The notes under the pieces were generated by a model, which was given only the letters and a program-made list of their open reading frames with translations, made no database searches and had not been told where the DNA came from. This document shows, piece after piece, positions 57,741 through 64,000 of a stretch of 64,000 nucleotides of DNA. The stretch's first letter is position 1; each line of letters opens with the position of its first letter. Source of the DNA: the human T2T-CHM13v2.0 reference genome, Homo sapiens; assembly GCF_009914755.1 (NCBI RefSeq), contig NC_060932.1, one strand, 5' to 3'. A program made the translations under genes and the position numbers.

Positions 57741-58470
57741 TATAACCGCCCAATGGGTTCTTCTTGCCTGTTGCCCAGATAGAGCCAATTTATCAAGGCA
57801 GGGAAATTGCAGTAGAGAGTTTAATACACGCAGAGCCACCTGAACAGGGAACCACAGTTGTATTATTACTCAAATCAGTTTCTCAGAGAATTTGGGGGCT
57901 AGGGTTTCTCAAAGGTAGTTTGGGGGAAGGGTTGTGGGTGGTTAGGAAATGAGTGCTTGCTACTGATTGATTGTGGATGCAACCATAGGAATGTGGGAAA
58001 TGGTCCTCCTGTGTGCTGAGTAGCTTCTGGGTGGGGCCACAGGAGCAGTTGGTGGGTCCTGGTAGAGCCATAGGTCACTGGACATGCAAAAAGCCTGAAA
58101 AGACATATCAAAAGGCCAATTTTAGATTCTACAATAGTGATGTTACCTTCAGGTATAATTGGAGAAGTTGCACGTCTTGTGACCTCCAGCATAGTGGCTG
58201 GGAATTGCTTATGTCTACACCTTAGCTGAATTCAGTCTCCTCTATCCTCCTAGGTTTGTGGTCTCCCATTAGCTTTACAAATGCAGTTGAGTTTTGGGGA
58301 AGGGCTATTATCATTTAAACTATAAACTAAATATCTCCCAAAGTTAGCTCAGCCCATGCCCAGGAACAATTAAGGGCAGCTTGAAGGCCAAAGGCAAGAT
58401 GAGTGTTGCCCAGATCAAACTTCCTTCAGTGCCATAATTTTCTGTTATAATTTTTGCAATGGTGGTTTCA
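57741..58470 (-). mobile_element. LTR8/LTR8A solo LTR (ERV1)
   Basis: Minus strand TGAAACCACCATTGCAAAAATTAT...GAACCCATTGGGCGGTTATA; 4-bp TSD taat. Confidence 0.85.
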
Positions 58471-58930
58471 TAATGATATATTCATATACAATTAACTTTC
58501 CAGACAAGATGTGTAAGAACTCTTTGGAAATTCAGATGAGTACTGGAATCCAGCTAATAATTAAGAGTGCATTAGAGTGAATGTGCATTGCCTTGACATA
58601 TAGTGTCTATTTTGCCACTCAGTAACTATATGACTTTGGAGAAGTCAATCTATCTGGGCATTAGTTACCTTATATCAAAAATAAAATGCTCGGGTAGATG
58701 ACAGTCAATTCTCCTTTTAGCTCTATTAATCTAAGGTTCCATTTTCTAGTTGATGTTACAGATACTGTAGGGAGAGAAATATATGTAATGAAGATAATAT
58801 TTTTGTATTAACTTTTGATGTATCTTCCCTTATGAGTATTTCCTTCCCTGTATCCCATGTGCCATCATGGTCTCAGAGAAAAGAGCAGGAAAAATATTAC
58901 TTTAAGTAGGAGGAAGATATAAAATGGAGG

Positions 58931-59990
<1,060 letters not shown>

Positions 59991-61236
59991 TGAGGAAGCT
60001 GCACCTTCTAGGACAATGATAATCAACTTGAACTACATATTAGAATCACCTTAGGAGTTTTGAAAAATACTAATGCCAGATCTGTGTCCACTGACATTAT
60101 GTAAATTGGAGTCCTTGGCTTCAGGCTAGGACCTTAGTAATTAAAAAATAACTTTTAGGTGATTATTGAAAATTACTGCTGTACAGGAAGACCTAAATTG
60201 GGCTCAACAGAACATTCAACATGAAGAGAGAATAGTACAGAACTGGTGGAGACAGATGTCTTGTGATCTACCTCGAGTTAGTGCCATTAGATCCACTTGG
60301 TCTGTGTCTAGCTTGCACTGAGGGGGTCTAGAATTTCCCATGAACACTGGTAAGGGTAGAGTGAGTTGCCAGTAGGACTGATGGGTGGTAGGACTCTGGG
60401 GAGGGGAAGACCAAGCTGCTGAGTCAGGAATCTGATGACGTGAGGAGAAGAGAGTTAAGAGTGGATGCAGAAGCAGAAAAATCCATTCATTCCTAAGTAG
60501 ATACCAATCCAGAGCCAACCTGCTGGCCACTCTGCAACAGGAACATGATGATGATCAGCTGATAGCTTCCTCTCTCCAACTACAATCATGTAAGCAATCC
60601 AGCCCTCCCCCAACACACACCCAAACCAAGTCCAGAAAAAAATATGAAATTTACAGAAAATTGTTAAAACAGCCTTTATTTACCTGACAGAAACAAAGTT
60701 ATTCTAAATTATACTTTTTCAAATTAGTGAGACTGAGATACCATAAAATGGTATTGGAGGAAGAGGATCTGTGAGCTCATGAGAAAGTTTTAGTTTCTTT
60801 ATAGAAAGTAAACTATTTTCTTTGTACATCTTAGCATTTAAGTAAATTTTCAATACCACTAATCTATTTAGCTATTAAAATACTTATTTAAACTATATCC
60901 TTATAAAGGGGAATAGAGTAAAATGCCTTTTAAATATGAGAAGCTGCAGAGGATACTGTCTCTTTAAAACATGCAATCCTAATTGCCCACCTCTCAGGAT
61001 GCATAATGGTTGTAGCATAGTTAGCACGGATTCTGTCATGACTTAAAAAAAAATTTGTAAACATGCTTTCTTAAAGATGCATCATACACTCTTCTTTTAG
61101 TGAATGGAAGTGTTTGACAGAAAAACACCTGTGTAAGCAAACTTTGAGAATATGTTATTAGAACATGTTTCTTTCCTCACTGGTTCATATTACACAGGTT
61201 TACATCTGCTGCTACAAAAGGTAAGTGTAAGCATGC

Positions 61237-61598
61237 TGATATGATTTGGTTCTGTCCCCACCCAAGTCTCATCCTGAATTGTAGCTCCCACAATTCCCAT
61301 GTGTTGTGGGGAGGACCTGGTGGGAGATTATTGAATCATGGGAGCCGTTTCCCCCATACTGTTCTCATGGTAATGAATAAGTCTCATGAGATCTGATGGT
61401 TTTATAAGGGGTTTCCCCTTCTGCTTGGCTCTAATTCTGTCTTCTGTGCTGCCACATAAGACATGCCTTTTGCCTTCTGCCATGATTGTGAGGCCTCCCC
61501 AGCCAGATGGAACTGTGAGTCCATCAAATCTCTTTTTATTTATAAATTACCCAGTCTTGGGTATGTCTTTATCTGCAGTGTGAAAACAAACTAATACA
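61237..61598 (+). mobile_element. THE1 (C/D-like) MaLR solo LTR
   Basis: tgatatgatttgg...gccatgattgtgaggcctccccagcc...ctaataca; perfect 5-bp TSD catgc. Confidence 0.92.
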
Positions 61599-61629
61599 CA
61601 TGCTATCTTTCTTTAAAAAAAAAAAAAAA

Positions 61630-61825
61630 AGATTTAGGGAGTAAAAGTGCAATTTTGTGTAGGCATCACCCAAATAGTGTACACTGTACCCATTACATAG
61701 TTTCTTTTTCCTAGCCCCACCTTTCTGAGTCTCCAATGACTATTATTTCACTCTATGTTCATGTGAACACATTATTTAGCTTCTACTTGTAAGAACATGT
61801 GGTATTTGATTTTCTGTTTCTGAAA
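61630..61825 (-). mobile_element. L1PB-like 3' fragment
   Basis: catcacccaaatagtgtacactgtaccca...gagtctccaatgactatta...gaacatgtggtatttga. Confidence 0.7.
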
Positions 61826-62068
61826 ATATCATGCTTTTTTTTTTAAAAAAAAAGAGAAAGGCAATTGGAACTTTAATTTTGCCCCTATAAAAATGAAATG
61901 TCATGTATCAACAAGACTGAAAAATAAACAATCCTCTCATGCCCTCAGCAGTTAACCCTAACTATAGAAGACAAAACGATGTAAACAAAGAAATACACAT
62001 AGGATTCATTCATATTGGGATCCAGAAATACATATTGTGGATGACAGTGGCATACACACTCCTTTTGG

Positions 62069-62508
62069 TGTTAAGAGGAAACCTTTAGACAAATTAAATA
62101 TGTAACAGTTTATTTGAGCAAAGAATGATTCATGAATCAGGCAGTACTCAAAACTAGAAGAGGTTTGGAGAGCCCCAACCAGCCATGTGAGCAGTGAGTT
62201 CTTATAGGCCAAACAAGGGAGCAAAGTGTAGAAATTACCTGATTGACCAGTAAGGTATCTGCCTTATTTGCAAATGGTGTGATAAAACATCTGCCTTTAT
62301 AGCACGATTCAATCAGTTGACTCCCTGTGATTGGCTGAAGCTTAGCTGTTTGTGATTGGCTAAAATCCAGCTGTTTGTTACAAAACGTATACTCCTGAGT
62401 TAGGTTTCTGTTTGTTTACACACAAAGTTAAGTTGTGGTTTGTTGATTAGGAACTCAAAGTACTGAGACAGCCTCAGGCTAGTGGCCTCCTGCTTGTTTA
62501 ATTTAACA
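62069..62508 (-). mobile_element. MER57-group ERV1 solo LTR
   Basis: TGTTAA...TTAACA termini, repeated minus-strand CCAAT boxes, tttagacaaattaaa...gagcaaagaatgattcatgaatc; TSD ttgg/atgg. Confidence 0.7.
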
Positions 62509-62619
62509 ATGGGAATTTATTATTAAAAGGTAATTATTAACTATTTAGAGGTAGAATTACTAGGCAGTCAATGACAGAAAGCTGACTTTGCTGTCAAAGT
62601 GACTTTCAATAAACTTCAG

Positions 62620-62786
62620 ATTAGTGTTTTTCAAACTTTAATATGTGCACAGATCTCCTGGGGAGCTTATTAAAATGCAGATTCCAATTCAGAGGGTCTT
62701 GAGTGTGGCCTGAGATTCTGTGTTTCTAACAAGCTACCAGCTGATCCTAATGATACTGGTTCATGGACCACAATTTGAACAGCAAG
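62620..62786. mobile_element. MER5A hAT-Charlie element
   Basis: tcaaacttta...ttaaaatgcagattcc...ggcctgagattctgtgtttctaacaagct...ggaccacaatttga. Confidence 0.8.
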
Positions 62787-64000
62787 TTTACTGTTTGATA
62801 TGTTTCTTTTTCTTTCAGAATGTGAAAAAAAAAAGTCACCAAACTGTAACTTTTCTATTGGGAAAAGTTTCTACTGGGAGAATTTAGCCCCCATTTTAAA
62901 GCATTAATTCATTCATCTAAGGGCTTATTTCAATGAGATAAACTACAAAGCTGTGTATGATCTTTGGTCATAATATACTTGATTTATTAAATTTAGCAAC
63001 CAATCGCATGTTGCACTTAATGTGCATAGCATGTCTGTTTGAAATTTTTTTGGTATATTTTAATTTAGGATCTTTTAAAGAAGTCCAACCAGTAGTTATT
63101 ATCTTAAAAAGTTCCATTTTAATTAGGTACTAAATCAGATAAGAAAAAGAGAGAAAGAGGTAGCTTGCTAAGTTTAGGAGTTTCCAGGCTTGTAACTTAA
63201 CCAGGTAATGGTAGTATTTTGTAAAATCATTTTCTCTTAGTTTGTGTTATATAACTTACAATAATTTGGAAGGCAGCTATGGCCACCACTATACCACCAA
63301 CACAGAACTTAATAATTTGAACAGAGGAGAACAAAAGAATTTTGGCAATGTGCATATTGTATGCTCCCTCTCCCACTAGCCCCAGAACTCCACTGGCTAC
63401 TCTCTAATATGCCAAAGGCAGCCTGACCCAAGGAAGTCTGTTGGGAATGTTTCTCATGGGCTCAGAAGTCTGTATGCTCAGTCACCCAAATTGCCAGTCA
63501 TACCAAAAGCTGTCAAAGTACGTTTTAGGCAAAAAATTGATACATAAGTTTGGATTTTAGATTCTAAAGAGGCTAGGACATCCCAATTGCTCGAATTAAA
63601 GAATTTTACTGAGAATTTTACTTCTGGATCTAAAAGCAGTAAACATGTAGCTTTGATCTGGGTTAAAATGATGAAGGGCTTCTCTGTAATACTCATTTTT
63701 TTTTTCCCAAACACATTTTAAGACAATCATTGGTATAGTGTATGCATAGTCTAGATGGCCTATAAATTCTCTCTAAATGTGTGAGAGCAGAAAATGTTCA
63801 AAAGTAAAGATGAATATTTGGAGATGAAGCAACTGAAAACCTAGAGCAAATGGATTCTGATAGACTTAAAAAAAATCTCTGCAAAATTGCATTTTGAACT
63901 TGTGAGTCCCTTTTGAGTTTTTGCACTTAATTTCTTTCTCTAGCATAGCTGAAATTACCCATATGATACAGCTACATCTAAGTGTACTTATTTGATGCTA

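Overview
This is AT-rich human genomic DNA; AluYa5 and AluYb8 copies identify the species. It carries the 5' end of CNBD1 (cyclic nucleotide-binding domain containing 1) on the + strand. Three short coding exons missed by the ORF track (9288-9375, 30343-30412, 47888-48001) splice in frame to MPMSSLPAAILSHMTAINNVPPPPLHSIPNLKKSKHINYGQLNALCHIRGQHSRSMSNILSAHDTFMKQYPKVFLHQKPRLPKLFKQEEQR..., which I recognise from memory as the CNBD1 N-terminus. Exon 4 appears to lie beyond the window. The rest is upstream or intronic DNA packed with Alu, L1, L2, MIR, DNA-transposon and solo-LTR relics, and essentially all ORFs in the supplied track are repeat-derived or chance. I found no convincing new biological system. 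The best leads are: two young human-specific Alus in inverted orientation around frameshifting exon 2; a divergent solo LTR1 and an overlapping uORF at the promoter; an intronic RFX X-box/MYB motif cluster; six solo LTRs within 9 kb of intron 3; an Alu-Alu deletion scar; and recurrent small duplications with fold-back spacers. Repeat subfamily names come from recalled consensus features, not a RepeatMasker run, and boundaries of old repeats are approximate.
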